Shown in pieces: positions 37,817-51,075 of a stretch of 64,000 nucleotides of DNA. Under the pieces are notes generated by a model. That model saw only the letters and a list, made by a program, of their open reading frames with translations. It made no database searches and was not told where the DNA came from. The translations under genes were made by a program, and so were the position numbers. Numbering within the stretch: position 1 is the stretch's first letter; the number at the start of each line of letters is the position of its first letter. Source of the DNA: Harriotta raleighana (Eukaryota); NCBI GenBank assembly GCA_050575255.1, contig JBNZDD010013718.1, forward strand, positions 5,435,605 through 5,499,604, in the 5' to 3' direction.

Positions 37817-38389
37817 CTGCAAAAGACCAGAAGAATCTCGTAATCCAGCCACCAAATGCTCTGGTGTCCATTCATATTTAGATTTTGATACACAATTCTG
37901 CCAATTTACATGTTCCTGTAAAATAACCCGATTCCCCAGTTCTCTGGGTCCCTGTATCTGCTGCGTTGATTGATGTAAATCGAGTTTTAAAGTTGCTTTT
38001 CACCCCTGTGAAAGGCGCTACAGTGTATAAATGTAATTTTGTTGTTGTTGTTGTTTCAGTGACAGTGTACATTACCCGTTTTCTTCTCCCTGCAAAGTTT
38101 CCTGAGGTCGGGCATACAAGTAAGACAATCGTCTCGTAACAAAAAGGGGGGGGTAACAGTTTGCGACAAATTAATGGGGTTCTTTTTAGGACTTCCATTG
38201 ATAATCCGAAGATATATTTTTCAAAGAATCCCTCAACCCAGTTTGAAGACATGGAGTACAGGATTCTCTTAAAATATATAATGCAACAATGTGGAACACA
38301 ATATGCCACTGAATGTTTTGTTGGCTGACTATCAATTAACAAGTAGGACTAGTGTTACATAAATTTTCTTTTGACACACAATTTCTTAC

Positions 38390-38489
38390 CACTCCAGTCA
38401 TTCATAAGCACCATGCCAAAGATATGTTCGTGGGCTCTAGACACTGCAATGGGCTCTCCTAACGTGGTGCCAGAACCTATGAAGAAAGC
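38390..38489 (-). CDS. FAH: FAH exon 8
   Basis: [33 protein letters not shown](A); 100 nt; NDWS metal-ligand motif. Confidence 0.96.
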
Positions 38490-39595
38490 CTAGGGTAGGA
38501 AGAGATGTAGAAAACAATTGGATTAACACACACTCTGCTGTTTCAAGTATCATGAATTTTGGTATACAGAACAACATACAGTACTAAACAACAGTGTACA
38601 TTACCTTGGAGATTTCCTGAAACTAAGAAGTGAATAACAGTGGCACTACTGAGTAATAATCTTAACAGCATTATTTGGACTTAAAAAGAGTAAAAGTTTT
38701 CTTTGAAAAGAATCAAGTTTGTTACCAATGCAGCATTTTTTGTAGTGTATGCTGTCTACAAATTACACAGATATTGCACTTTCCAGTATATTTTGTGAAG
38801 CACTTTGGTGTGAAAGGAGTGTTATCAATTGTAAGGATTATTATTTTTATATCCTTATAATAGGCATACCAATCATTGGAGCAGAAATTCGAACTCTGAT
38901 CTGTTCCCTAACATTACCAATTGTTTTCACAGTTAAATTACATCTAAATAAATAAAGCATTCTTCAAGGGAATTGTGTACTGCTATTATTTCTTCAGATT
39001 TCTAATGTAATTGGTAAGAAGTATTTGTGCTACTGGTTCAATGTTAAAAAAGACTTTCAGGCACAAGTGTGAACACCAGTAAATTGCACCAGTCCAAAGA
39101 ACATGAAATAGGATCTAAATTATAAGGCCTAGCTCAAATTACATGGTTTAATGAAGTCTATCCATTCATAACATAGGACACTAGAAGGACTTCTTTGCCT
39201 GTCAGAAACAAATTGGAAATCCGGCCAGGCGTTAACTTGGGAGATTTTCTGTTTCTGTGAAGCAAGAAATATTATTGCAGGAAGCAGATTGGGCTAACGC
39301 TCTGATTCCGAGAGGGGCAGTCATGTGGCTTCCCTGCCAGCTTACTGTGAATGTAGAAAATAAACACAAGCCTATGAATATATTTACAGTATTTAGCTTC
39401 AAACACGCAATAATATCTTTTCATTGTGGTACTCTCGGAATAGTCTATGATCGTGTATATAAATAACATGAATAACTCCTGCCATATTTCAGTAATATAA
39501 AAACCATTTCCAGTGTGTACCTCGTGGCTTTATTTTGTTTTTAATACGACTCCCAACAGCAATGTTATAGGGTGTGATGCAATTCAAAAACATAC

Positions 39596-39648
39596 CATTT
39601 CCAACTCAAAGTCCAGGAGTTTGCAGGTTCCAAACACAGGTGGTTTTG
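39596..39648 (-). CDS. FAH: FAH exon 7
   Basis: (T)KPPVFGTCKLLDFELEM; 53 nt; ELE metal ligands. Confidence 0.95.
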
Positions 39649-40063
39649 CTGTAAAACATAAGATTTTTAAAAAAAAAATTAGACGCTACAACAACTGCAA
39701 AACAGTTTCAAACATTATACACTTACATATTTTATCTGTCTTTCACCTCTGTGAACTGCACTTAAATTCAGTCGAGGACGATTAGAGAGGACCAAGGGCA
39801 AATAATCTGAGTGGTATTAGCCATAAAGATTGGTTGGATGAAGAAGGTCCTTTGACCCATTTGAACTCATCCTTTTATAATACCCATCTGAACATCTTCC
39901 CATCACAGCTTCAAGTGCCTGGCCTTGACCACCTTTCTCTATCTAGCACTAAGGTGGCTTTGAACTGATAAAATACTTTTCCAGTCAGTCTTGCCCGAAA
40001 GGAGCAATTTTCTCAAATTACGAAAGCAGAATAATTAAGTTTGCGGAATCCCATTATACTCAC

Positions 40064-40161
40064 TCTCATCTGGTCTCATCTGTCCGCTTGGTCTTCTGAT
40101 AGAGGTGCCGGAGACCACAATAGATGATGCTCGTCCATGGTAACCAACAGGTAAATGTAAC
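40064..40161 (-). CDS. FAH: FAH exon 6
   Basis: (W)[32 protein letters not shown]; 98 nt. Confidence 0.96.
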
Positions 40162-41043
40162 CTGCAAATAGTCACTCGTCACAATTTAAACTTTGCATTG
40201 TTCAAACACTGAGAAACAAAAACGATGTCAGCAAGCCTCATTTGTACAAAACGTCCATCGTATGGGATAATGAGCATTGTAAATATTCATGGTATTTAAA
40301 TAACAAGTTTAGTGTTCTATAAAGTAATGCGACAGTTAAACTGAAATTCATATCTGTAAACCCAAAGTAAAATGCCCTGCCTCATTCATACATCATACAC
40401 ACACACCTACAATTTATGCAGGCTTCCATACAGTAGTATAATGTATTTCATGATCAGATACAGCATATCACAGTACTGTATATCACATTAACAAGAATCC
40501 GTTTTTCTTCCAACCCATTCAGTTCCTTCAGACATCAGAGGTGTATGCAACCAACACTAAAAAATGTGAATTGCTAGGGTAATGGTTTCAGCAATTCCTC
40601 ATTTCTGAATTAACTTTGTGTACTTAAAAGTTCCCTGTGTTTTTAAAACAGGCTTCAGAATTTCTGGGGTGAGGAGGTTGTAGAGATTTACTTTTAAACT
40701 GTACACTTTGCAAAACAAAATTATTGTGGATTTATGAAATAGTGAAAATATAGCACTTTGCACATTGTCTCCCAAAAGGATTCTAACTACTATATAAACA
40801 GAGACTGAAGCACATTAGTTCCTCTGCATGAGTCATGAAAAAATGTTTCTAAGGGGGTTCCAATTCTGGCAGAGTCTCCTTCATTTATGAATACAAACCA
40901 CTCTGAATAGTTAGATAGATCTTTCTCAGAGCTTTTAAAAAAAACATATTCCAAGTCAATGAGAAATCGGAATTAATTATAACAGGTTTTGTAATTCTTT
41001 GTGTCTATTGTGTCTAAACAAAGGTACTAAGGTTAGCACCAAC

Positions 41044-41134
41044 CAGTTGGGCATGAGAGCATTTTCCTTCCCTCGAAACATGATTCCAACATTGGTAGCA
41101 TGGTCACGTGAAGAATAGAAATCAGTGTAATCCC
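41044..41134 (-). CDS. FAH: FAH exon 5
   Basis: (G)[29 protein letters not shown](W); 91 nt; includes the catalytic His. Confidence 0.96.
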
Positions 41135-42307
41135 CTTTGGATTAAAAAAAGTTAATGGTTAAGTGAAAAATTACATTATGAAAAAATGAGCAGGATAATT
41201 CATCATTTAGAAAATTGCAACCATTTCTCATCTAAATAAGACTTCAACATTTGAGTCTATCAAAGACTATTATTTTCAATTGTCAGTTTACAATGATACT
41301 GTATAAATACATAAATGCTTTAATTGCATTGTTATTTCCTTTGAAAGCTAAATCTTTGCAAATTGCTACATCAAAGACAGATTGCATTTAAATTTTAAAA
41401 AAATATTAGATTATGAAACTAGGATTTTAATTTACCATATCATGTAGTTGAGTTAATGCTGTTTACTGACTCTCTGTTGCCCTCATGTGTGTTATTCAAA
41501 TTACTGCAGAATTTTCATTGTGCATTTGGTTCAAGAAACATTGGGAGCAAGAACATTTTGCAGAATATCTGTAATATAGCTCAAATCTACTATGCAATAA
41601 GAAGATAAACAATCCAAATAGCAGAAATAACAATGGGAATAACTGAATAACCAATTTCCTAATCATTTTAACAATCTAGCACCCATGTACCTAAATCCCA
41701 GCAAGAGTCAGTGTTTTTGGGAAGAGTAAATTGGAATTGAGAAAAAATAAAATTTGGGGGGTTCTTTCCTTGTCCAATTCTAAACAATACTTGTTTAAAT
41801 AGTCATTTCTGCTGACAAATGGGGTTGACAGAGCTAATAAATAGCTTAAGAAATAGTATTGAATTGTTCAAATCAATTATGCGCAATGTTTTGGAAGGCA
41901 ATTTGTACAAGGTTCAAGTGTTAAAATAGGCTGCACTGGTGGAGGAGCATGTACTCTAGATCAAAGAACTGTACTTTGCCCTGGATTGTTTGAACAAATT
42001 AATGTACCAAAGTGTCAATAACCTTTCCAATGAGAAACTCCAGAACTGTCTAACTATGAATCAAACTTATCAGGATTGCACAGTGGGTGGGAGCAGCCAG
42101 CTTCTTGAATCTTGCTAAATAAGTGTTTTGTTTTATCCTGAAGAAAACTACATGCATGTTGGTGAAACACGGAGCACAAACAGAATAGAGGGCTTCCCGG
42201 TTCCCTTTAGTCTTCAAATTTGAAGGCAAATGTGTAGGAGTTGAGGGTAGAGAGTTTTTAATTACATAAATGTGGTCAAATATATTTTAGTTAGTTTTCC
42301 AACATAC

Positions 42308-42357
42308 CAATTTCTGCAGGAAGATGCATCGTAGCAGAAGATAGCAGCACAAAAGCT
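42308..42357 (-). CDS. FAH: FAH exon 4
   Basis: (R)AFVLLSSATMHLPAEI(G); 50 nt. Confidence 0.94.
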
Positions 42358-42691
42358 CTGGAAAACAGAAATGAATGGTTATTTATAGAATTACCGTACT
42401 GTTGGCCTTGATTCTGATTGAAATGGGAGTCTTAATCCCACTTCAATTAGACAAATGATGCCCTATATTCAAATTAAGAACAATATTTAGAAATTAAGTG
42501 TTTCATTTCATCACAAGATGACTGGCTTTCCAATCAGGACTGTCATTCTCTTGCCAATTGCAAGGCTGGAGTGTGGATATATGTTAACTCAGCTTGCGTT
42601 TTCCCTCTTTTACTGGTTTTGGTGGTTAACCAACTCATAGGTAGATTAAATCTTGTAATTTAAAAAAAATTTAACGCGTGGTTGTATACTT

Positions 42692-42920
42692 ACAGAAAAA
42701 TAAGAAACAAAGTAGGCAATTCAGCTCCTCAAGCTTGATCTGCCAATCTATTACTTCATGGCTGATCTGTATCTCAACACCAATTACCTTTGATTCCCTG
42801 ACAAAAATCTATCCACCTCAGCCTTGAAAATTTGAATGGATCCAGCATCCATAGCCTTTTGAGGGAATGAGTTCCGGATTTCCATGATGTTTTGCATGAA
42901 AAAAAAGGCTTCCCTAATTT
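42692..42920 (-). mobile_element. Old CR1 3' fragment, inverted
   Basis: Reverse complement gives tggaaatccggaactcattccc...tcaaggctgaggtggatagatt...gatcagccatga...ttgaggagctgaattgcctact, typical of a CR1 end. Confidence 0.65.
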
Positions 42921-43005
42921 TTTGCTTCTAAATGCAAATTTCTATATTTATATTTAGAATATAAATAGTCTGGAAGATGTTCTCTTTAATATCCCGCGCC
43001 TTTAC

Positions 43006-43127
43006 CTTTTCCTCAGTTCCACATTATCTCGCAGTGTGGGGTCGTTGGCTGACAAGAGTTGCTGCAGAACAGCTCGAGCTTCTTTCCAAGCCTCGTAGCC
43101 CAGAGCCATGAAGGAATTGAGAGTTGG
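43006..43127 (-). CDS. FAH: FAH exon 3
   Basis: [40 protein letters not shown](R); 122 nt. Confidence 0.95.
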
Positions 43128-43519
43128 CTACGCAAGGGACCCAATACAGATATTTTAAATGAAAATAGTCCAAGAAATCAATTTCAACTGAACTTACAAA
43201 TCAAAGAGTTATTAAAGGTCAACTAATTCCAATATTGTTAAAACAATGCTGCCCTATCCATTGGAATGTATACACAGTTCTGTGCTAAGATGTATTCTTC
43301 TACCAGTAAAAAGAATGGTTTTCAATGGCTGGTATACCATACACAAGTGATTGCTGCGTAAACTATGGTATTTTATTCTTAATGTTTGACAACTTTAAAA
43401 TAAAAAATTAATCCGTATAAATTATTAAAATACTTTGTTGTTTTGTATGATTTGTATCAAATGCATTTTACAAGATTAGCCAAATTGTTCAGTGTGCAAT
43501 GGATTATTTAAGTTATTAC

Positions 43520-43630
43520 CTGATCAAATACATCTTGATGCTTGGAAAGAATTGGTCCAGAAAAGAAATGCTTAATAACACTGAGATCTAAAATCTGGTC
43601 TCCGATGGCAACACCTAATCTGTGGTTAGG
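43520..43630 (-). CDS. FAH: FAH exon 2
   Basis: [37 protein letters not shown]; 111 nt. Confidence 0.96.
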
Positions 43631-44801
43631 CTAGAGAGAAAAAAAGTACATAATGTTTTAGAAAGTGTTTGAAAGTGGTTATTTCGCACCTTGGCTTCAT
43701 TATATCACCATCTTTATTATATATTATTTGCTCATACTCATGTGAGCACTGCTAATTTTCAATAATAGTGAAAAGGGAGGAGCAGAAAGAGGATTTTAAA
43801 TGTGATGCAAAGATTACAGATTGCCTGCATATGAATTGCAGACATTTTTTTTTTCCAGCGATTTTGACCTTGCAACTGTGTATTCATATTGAAAATATTC
43901 AACCAAAGCTAATATTCTGTAGTTCACTTCAAATAATCATTTTCTCTTAAACATTGACTAATGGCAGATATGGCGTTTAGGAAGGTTGTTTGTGGAGCTT
44001 TCTCGCTGGAGGTCAGAGTGGGTGGAGCAAAACCTATAATAGGACAAGGTTCAAGTGGACTGTGGAAACAGTGGGATTAATGATCTTTTCTCCTTCAAAG
44101 ATTTTTTTTTGGTCAGTTATCTTTTACTGAAAATACCAACTCTTGCAGGGGTACATCAAGCGAGCCAGGGCGCTATATAAATGCATGTTGTTGTTGTACA
44201 GTTCCTTGGAGGCTGACATCTTTCCTCTACCCAGCGTTATATGGCGCAAGTTGTTGTTGTCAACACCTTTTCTTCCCATGTTACCCGAGACAAGATACAC
44301 TGTCCTCATCCAATATCCCCTCACTTGCACTTTCCAGCGAAGTAAAGAGCGATCAGCATTGGTCATGGATCCCTAACTCATGGACACTCAGACCAAACGT
44401 ACCTGAGATCAGATAACTCAAGATAACTGGGAAGGAATTGAAATCGTCGGATACAGCTTGGCATTTACAACTTGTATTTATGTAGTGCTCTTCACACAGG
44501 GGAGTATCCTAGAGTAGGTTTACAGTGAGAAGTGCTTCCACTCAAATGATAATTTCTTATGAAGTGGTGGGCAAGAATTTTTGGAATATGTTGTCAAGGG
44601 AGTACAACTTGCCTTCATTACCGAGGATTTTGACATAGAATGGAACAATTACTAACCAACTTTATCCAATCGGAGTTGTGTAATCCATTAATCCGATTTT
44701 CAGCTTCTCCTCCGCAATATTTTGAAGCTCCAAACATATTGTTAGTCCCCTTTCAAATTAACACACAATTAACTTGCATATGATACAATAGGTTCACTTA
44801 C

Positions 44802-44882
44802 TTTATCTTGAGTAGAAAACACGCCATATGGGAGGTTTTGAATGGAGAAATCAGAGGTTGGTGCTATTTTTATGAAAGACAT
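44802..44882 (-). CDS. FAH: FAH exon 1 (start codon)
   Basis: MSFIKIAPTSDFSIQNLPYGVFSTQDK; 81 nt; donor GTAAGT. The 14 exons sum to 1257 nt = 418 aa + stop with consistent phases. Confidence 0.96.
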
Positions 44883-47019
44883 GTTCACAGCAGAGAAATG
44901 AGTGAACTCTGGATCTAGCTGATTTCCAAGTGAATGTTTTTAAGCAGTTTCCTAATCGTTGCACTAACCAATGGGGCTTTATTTAAGGCTGAAACGCCCA
45001 TTGTGGGAATTTGTAATGACCACTAGGAGTTGCACCAACACAAGTCTCTGATAGGAGACACCCTACAAACAGCTGGAACATCCACTAACTACTATGCAGA
45101 GATCAACCTCAAAATCAAACAACAAGAGACATTATCAATGGCATTCCAAATAGACAAGAGTAAAGGCATTTATCAGTTGATGAAAGGCATTATAGCTTTT
45201 GAGTAGAGTGCTATAAAAATGTAAGTTATTGTTGAAAGGGTACCAAAAATTTGATTTGCCCTCTCCTAAGTTATACGAATTTTGCATAATAGAGGTATGG
45301 GCATTCCTAACTTTTCAATGGCTATTTCTAACCCTTCCTGTGAGCCAATGGAAACATTCCTATTATTATTATTCCCACAACATCCCACAAAACAGATATT
45401 CTGTTATGTTAACCGGTAGCCGTCATAGGATTAAAATATTGTTTAGAGTCAGGAAAACAACAATCTTGATGCTGAATTTGAGGACCTTTTGATTTTTTGG
45501 ATCATCTGGGCATACAACACAAGCAGAATCCCATCCCTATGTTTAAAGAGTCTCCAAAGCAATCTGAGTGTTGCACAGGTTGTATATAGCTTCAGATTAA
45601 CTGGAAGAGTCCATGCCTTTTCTCTCCAGATGGATAATATACCCTATACTTACCTTATCCTGAAGATTGCAACAGCAATGGCTCAGGCCTGCAAAGTATG
45701 CGTTAGGATAACTGCTGGAGCCTCCTACCACTTTTCCAGTTAGATCCACTTATTGGGGCTTTGGCTTGCAGGTGCTGAATATAGATAGTAGTGGATAATT
45801 GCATAAATATGCCTTTACTACACCCTGAGAAAACAGCAAGCAATTAGCAAAGAATGGAAATGTCCCCCAAGGAGTGAAGGAACAGGAAATTGGGATGTGC
45901 AGCCACATATTTTCAAAACTACAATTGCAGATGGAAAATGACACAAGGACAAATTAGATACGAGGTTTTATATACAGGAGTATTGAATACAAAAGTCACG
46001 AGGTAATATTGAATCTGTATAGAAAACTGGTTCAGACACGACGTATTGTGTATTATACAGAACTGTGTGCAAGTTTGTCCCATTGATATAGAATCCTGAA
46101 AGATTGTTGTATACTCAAAAGGGATTAAATAAAACAAATGAAGATTATAACTGCAGAGAGAATAAGGTTGTACTCCAATGAATAGCTATCACAACAGCCA
46201 TAATGGTTAAATAACCTTCTTAGTTTTGTATTGATAACCCGATTACAGTGGAGATCCAACTAAATGTAGTTTTTCCCCAAACCTGAAGCAACCTCCAAGT
46301 ATGGATTACAAATCAAGCTCAAATTGTTCCTGAAACCATGTGAAAGTTCTGTCTGGAGCCATAACAGAAAATAGTTTAGCCCAAATTCACTGAGGCTTTG
46401 ATGTAAGGTAGCTGTTTGTCATCTTTTTATCTCATCATTCCAGTATGTGTAATGTCTCTTAAGCTAGTTTAATTTCTCATCCTTAACCACCGCATCACCT
46501 CCTTCCCTATTCCCCACCCACCCCCAATGGCCCAGCAGTTCTCCCAAACAGTGGTGTTTTTTTATTTGGTAAATTTAGCTTTCCTACAAACAAGGGCTGC
46601 ATGGTAAATTCTTCACAGCTAAGTATGCAACACATACTTTCTCACTTTAGTCTTCCCCCAAACAATCTACACCTTTGGAACTGAAAAAGCCTTAACGTTG
46701 ACATTAATGTGAACCCTGAAATAAGGTCCATCCATAAAACAATTGTAATACTGTAGGTGGTGAGGGAAAGATGAGGAATAATTATGAAATGTGGTTGCAA
46801 GTGAAAAGTGAACATATTTAATGTGCTATGTAGTGTTATTGTCATCCATTAATGTAATTCCACATTGCCTATATGTAGCCTTACATTGATGTTTTTATAC
46901 AAACATACATAGTTTCTAACCTAATAAAAATAAAATTTCTGATCACATTTGTAACAAGGCACACATGAATTCTCCCCTATATTCATTTTTTTTTACAACT
47001 TTCATTTTCCTTTTATAAC

Positions 47020-47025
47020 TTTATT
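47020..47025 (-). terminator. Candidate ZFAND6 poly(A) signal
   Basis: Minus-strand AATAAA ~750 nt after the stop, closing an AU-rich, repeat-free 3'UTR. Confidence 0.55.
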
Positions 47026-47770
47026 TAGTCAAAGTTAAGACAGTGAATAAACTAACATAAATACAGCATAATTACTTCAGAACACCATCCTCTGTTTTGT
47101 GCACGCTCAGAGTTAAGCATTACTGTATTTTCCGATTAAACTTGCAGTCTGCATTGAAGTGCATAGAGGCTTTTTCCATTCAAGATACATACATACTTCA
47201 AAATCATAAAACAGCACACGCTCATTTAAAGGATCATAAATAATCAATGAGATGTAGGCGCAAGAAAGCTACTAAGCCAACACATTTGACCTTTTGATGA
47301 ACAGAACAAAAGCATCAGTAATGATTAGCGTACATTCTGTTACTGATATCTGGTGCCATTTATGACACTGTTGAATTAGAAAATAGTGCTGCAGAGAAAG
47401 GCCATATACACAAAAGAAAAAAATGCAAGGTAAAAACATGCATGTAATACTGGAAAAGCACAGCCCTCCAATACTTAACCTATGCTTTGTTATAAAAGCC
47501 TTGCACTTTACTAAAAATAAAATGCCTGTATAATGGACTTGCGCCTAAATATGCAGTAATTTTCCAACCACAGATTATTCAAAGAAAATTGAATCAACTT
47601 CCCAAAGTCATTTTTCGAGTTCTAATTTTCATGGCATGCATGATTTAAAGATCTATGTAAGATACAATGCTCCAAATTCCCATCATGGACTACAAAAGCT
47701 CAGGTTATCCTCTTTGTTGTTTAATTAGGTTCGCGTGGTTTAAAAAGAAAAAAATAATGTGAGTAGCAGT

Positions 47771-47919
47771 TCAAATCTTCTGGATCTTTTCTCCAACTAC
47801 AACAGGATTTTCTTTCCTTATTCTTTCAGCAGCATCAGCTTTGTAATCGTACGGACAACTGTGTTTATCAGAGTAACGATGTAATCCACAGAACAAGTTT
47901 CCACATCTGCAATCAAATC
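47771..47919 (-). CDS. ZFAND6: AN1-type zinc finger protein 6, last exon
   Basis: (G)[48 protein letters not shown]; 149 nt. Confidence 0.93.
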
Positions 47920-50888
47920 CTGAAAACAAGAGGAGTGCAATTAGTTATACATCCGCAATTCGACTGCAATACAAATAAGGGCAATTACATTTGAAGTTAT
48001 TATTTCAAATGTAAATACTGTAATTGTAAATTTGCTTTTAATGGATGTCTTCCCCCAGGGCTCTCCAAGTTGTTGGCAACTAACTTTGTCTCCACATTTG
48101 GCTAACTCAAATGCTGGGCTTTTGCTGGGGAAAACATGCTTCCACAGAAGAAATACCCAAATAAAATATAAAGTTGTTTTTGGAGAAGAAAAAGGACCAA
48201 AGCAAATCACGTTTGAAAATGCTGATTTATAAAAATTGATATTAAAGGGGCTGTACCATTCAGCAGTTGAAACAGCAGCGAGGAAAACGATTAAAATGAA
48301 TCATCCTATTTGTGCCCATCAAAAGCAGTCTACCATTTCACCTATTTGTCCCTGACAAGATCTTACAAGGAGAATCAACACCATTCCTCATCCTGGACGA
48401 TGATCCCTGTGCACCAGCATTTTACTGGCCGTGGCTTGGGTCCCTAACATGGATCCTCTAGATACTCACCTTTCAGTGTAGCATTTCTGATTCCTCAAAA
48501 TGATGTTACCCTCCACATATCATAGGTAAGGTCGTCATATCAGTGAAGGCAATCACTAGGGACACCTTTAGCTCTTTTTGACCACAGTAAGCAAGGTAAC
48601 GAAGGAATAAGCAAGACGACCAGGAAGGAATCAGTTGCCATATTTTAAAACTAGGAACAAGCAAATTGTTAAACTTTAAAAATTGCTTAACAATGATTAA
48701 TAGAAAGGTTAATCATTTTAATTGGATTTATTCCCTGAAGTAGAAGAGATGTATGAAAACATGACACCATAGACATAGCAAAGTGAAAAACAGATCAAAG
48801 TCTAGAGGAGAGGGAAAGTGGAATGTTTTGTATAGGGGAGAATTTCAAAGAATGAGGAATATTACAGGTAACTTGTTCATTCATGGTCCGCCTTAAGCAG
48901 TGGGAATTCTCCCAATTGGCACATTAGACCTTATGGCCACCAACTTAGAAATGTTCATCATGAGGTTGGTTGGGAAACACATAGTCCTGATTATTTATTA
49001 GGTAATTTTCAATTGTACTCTTCCATTTTGCTTCTGATTAATGATTCTATGTTTTCCGATTGTTGCAGCAAGTCTAATGGATCTCCACTTGTCAGATCTG
49101 TCTCTGGTAATGCTCTTAAAAATGAGAAGCATATTTGTCCATTTGCAATTTTTTTTTAAACTGCCCCACTATTTTATCGACTGCCTTATGATGGACTGTG
49201 CTTTATGAAATTTCCTCCATGATCTCCAAATAACTAAAGGCATGATTCCCTGGGTGCTTCAAAACTCCTACCACATAATTTTTCCAACTTCTTCCTAAAC
49301 AAGGAGTTTTAGACCTTGGTCTTATAATGGGTTAGAAATTCAGAAATCACACCCAGAATAAGGTCTTCTTCTTCTACATAAGATTACAGATTTTGTGCTA
49401 TAGATCTGAAGAATAATGAGTTTCTATGAACCCACAAATCCATAACAGAATGAAGTTTGCAATACTCGGCTTGAATGCCAAGATGATATGGTGGGGCAGC
49501 ATCTAAAAATCTACAGCAGTATCCCTCTTAAGGCCCAAGGGCAAACAAGTCACAGTTTGAGTACAATAAATATCCACTGTATTTCCTTTTACAATCGCTC
49601 ACACAAGGAACCCCACAGCACAAAACTGCTGAATGTTAACTTTAGAGGAAAAGCTTAGTTTATTTACCTTGCAAAGACCTTCTCACCAAGGGTACATACT
49701 AAACAAGGACTTGGTAGCATGACTTACTTTAGTCTCATTTCTAACTCTGAAGGTGTCTCAGCTATTGGGCACAAGCTTGCTGCTTGCTATTTTCTCTCAA
49801 TGAAAGGACATAACACAAGTTCAACTTTGCCTAATGACCTGGCGAGAGGTTATCTAGAAAGTTAAAAAATCATGGACCTACGTTGTGCCTCTAATCATTC
49901 TCAGAATTCTGAGACTGGATCCATCCCTCTTCCACTTTCAAATCAATGGCAGGTGGAAAATACAGGTCCAATTTCACCAACGCAGAAAGGCAACCAGCTG
50001 GTTTGGGCTGGTTGCCAAAATAAAGAGTTAATCTGCAAAATGTTTCAATACTTTTCATGATATGGTAAAGAATTTGCTGGTACCAAGGCATCAGAGAATC
50101 AAATTCTGGAATCAGATCTGCTGTCTCAAAAGCTACTTCAATTCCTGTGCTAAATTGCCATGGTATTCTTTATCCTCTCAATTCATGCCCAAGTAAAATG
50201 AAAAACAGAGACCTTTTGTGCTGCTTTCAATACTTGTAAGCATTAGGTGAGAATATGGCACATTACCCGACTTGCTAAACTGCTTCATTTATGTAGCATT
50301 TCGATAAAAACAAGGACACAGATATACGTATTTAACTATCCCCTATTTTATAAGATGATACATGAGCTCAGTATAACATGCAAGAAAGGAAAACTAAATT
50401 TATCACTTGAAGTCTAGATCTTTGAACACATAGTATAGATTTTCCAATATTATAATCTAGGTCATTAAACTTTGACTAGCAACATTACACAGAGGACAAT
50501 TTCATTACAGGCAAATTGAAGAGCAGCTTTAGCAAGAGCCTGCCACAAGCGGAATCTCCTTGGAGCTGAAATGACTCCAGGGTGATATGCCTGCCAATGA
50601 AATGTTAGAATTGAGCAGTCCTCGGTCGTCTGGATTCTGAGCCAGGCAAGTCCGCAGTATTCCAGGGCACTGCTGATGATAGAACTGGCAGCCTGGCTCA
50701 TTGGCAGGACCTAGAAGGGCAGACCAGTCACTGAGGGAAGGCAGTCATCCACTCAGCTCCTGTTAACCCTGCAAGTCAAAGCCCTAAAGGGTAAACTGGA
50801 CAGGCAGTGGGAAAGTGTGTCAGACTGCAATATCAATGGAAATATATGTAGGTTTAGCTGGTTAGACTCCAGCAGTAGCCCAAAGATG

Positions 50889-51075
50889 GGGTCCCCAAGC
50901 ATTGGCTCTTGCCAATCTGTGCCTAATACTTTCTGGAATTATGTAAGCAGGATGCATTCCTCCAGGAAGAGAGTGCACATTCCATTCCAAAAATCTATGT
51001 AGGTGGGACACATGGAAATCTCAAGAGTGATTTGGATACTCTTAAGCATGGTGATGGGTTTCCATGTGTCAGACA
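50889..51075 (+). repeat. Unclassified interspersed repeat, copy A
   Basis: Aligns over ~185 bp with the reverse complement of 56391-56576 and partly with 10642-10697; core ggatactcttaagcatggtgatgggtttcc. Confidence 0.8.
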
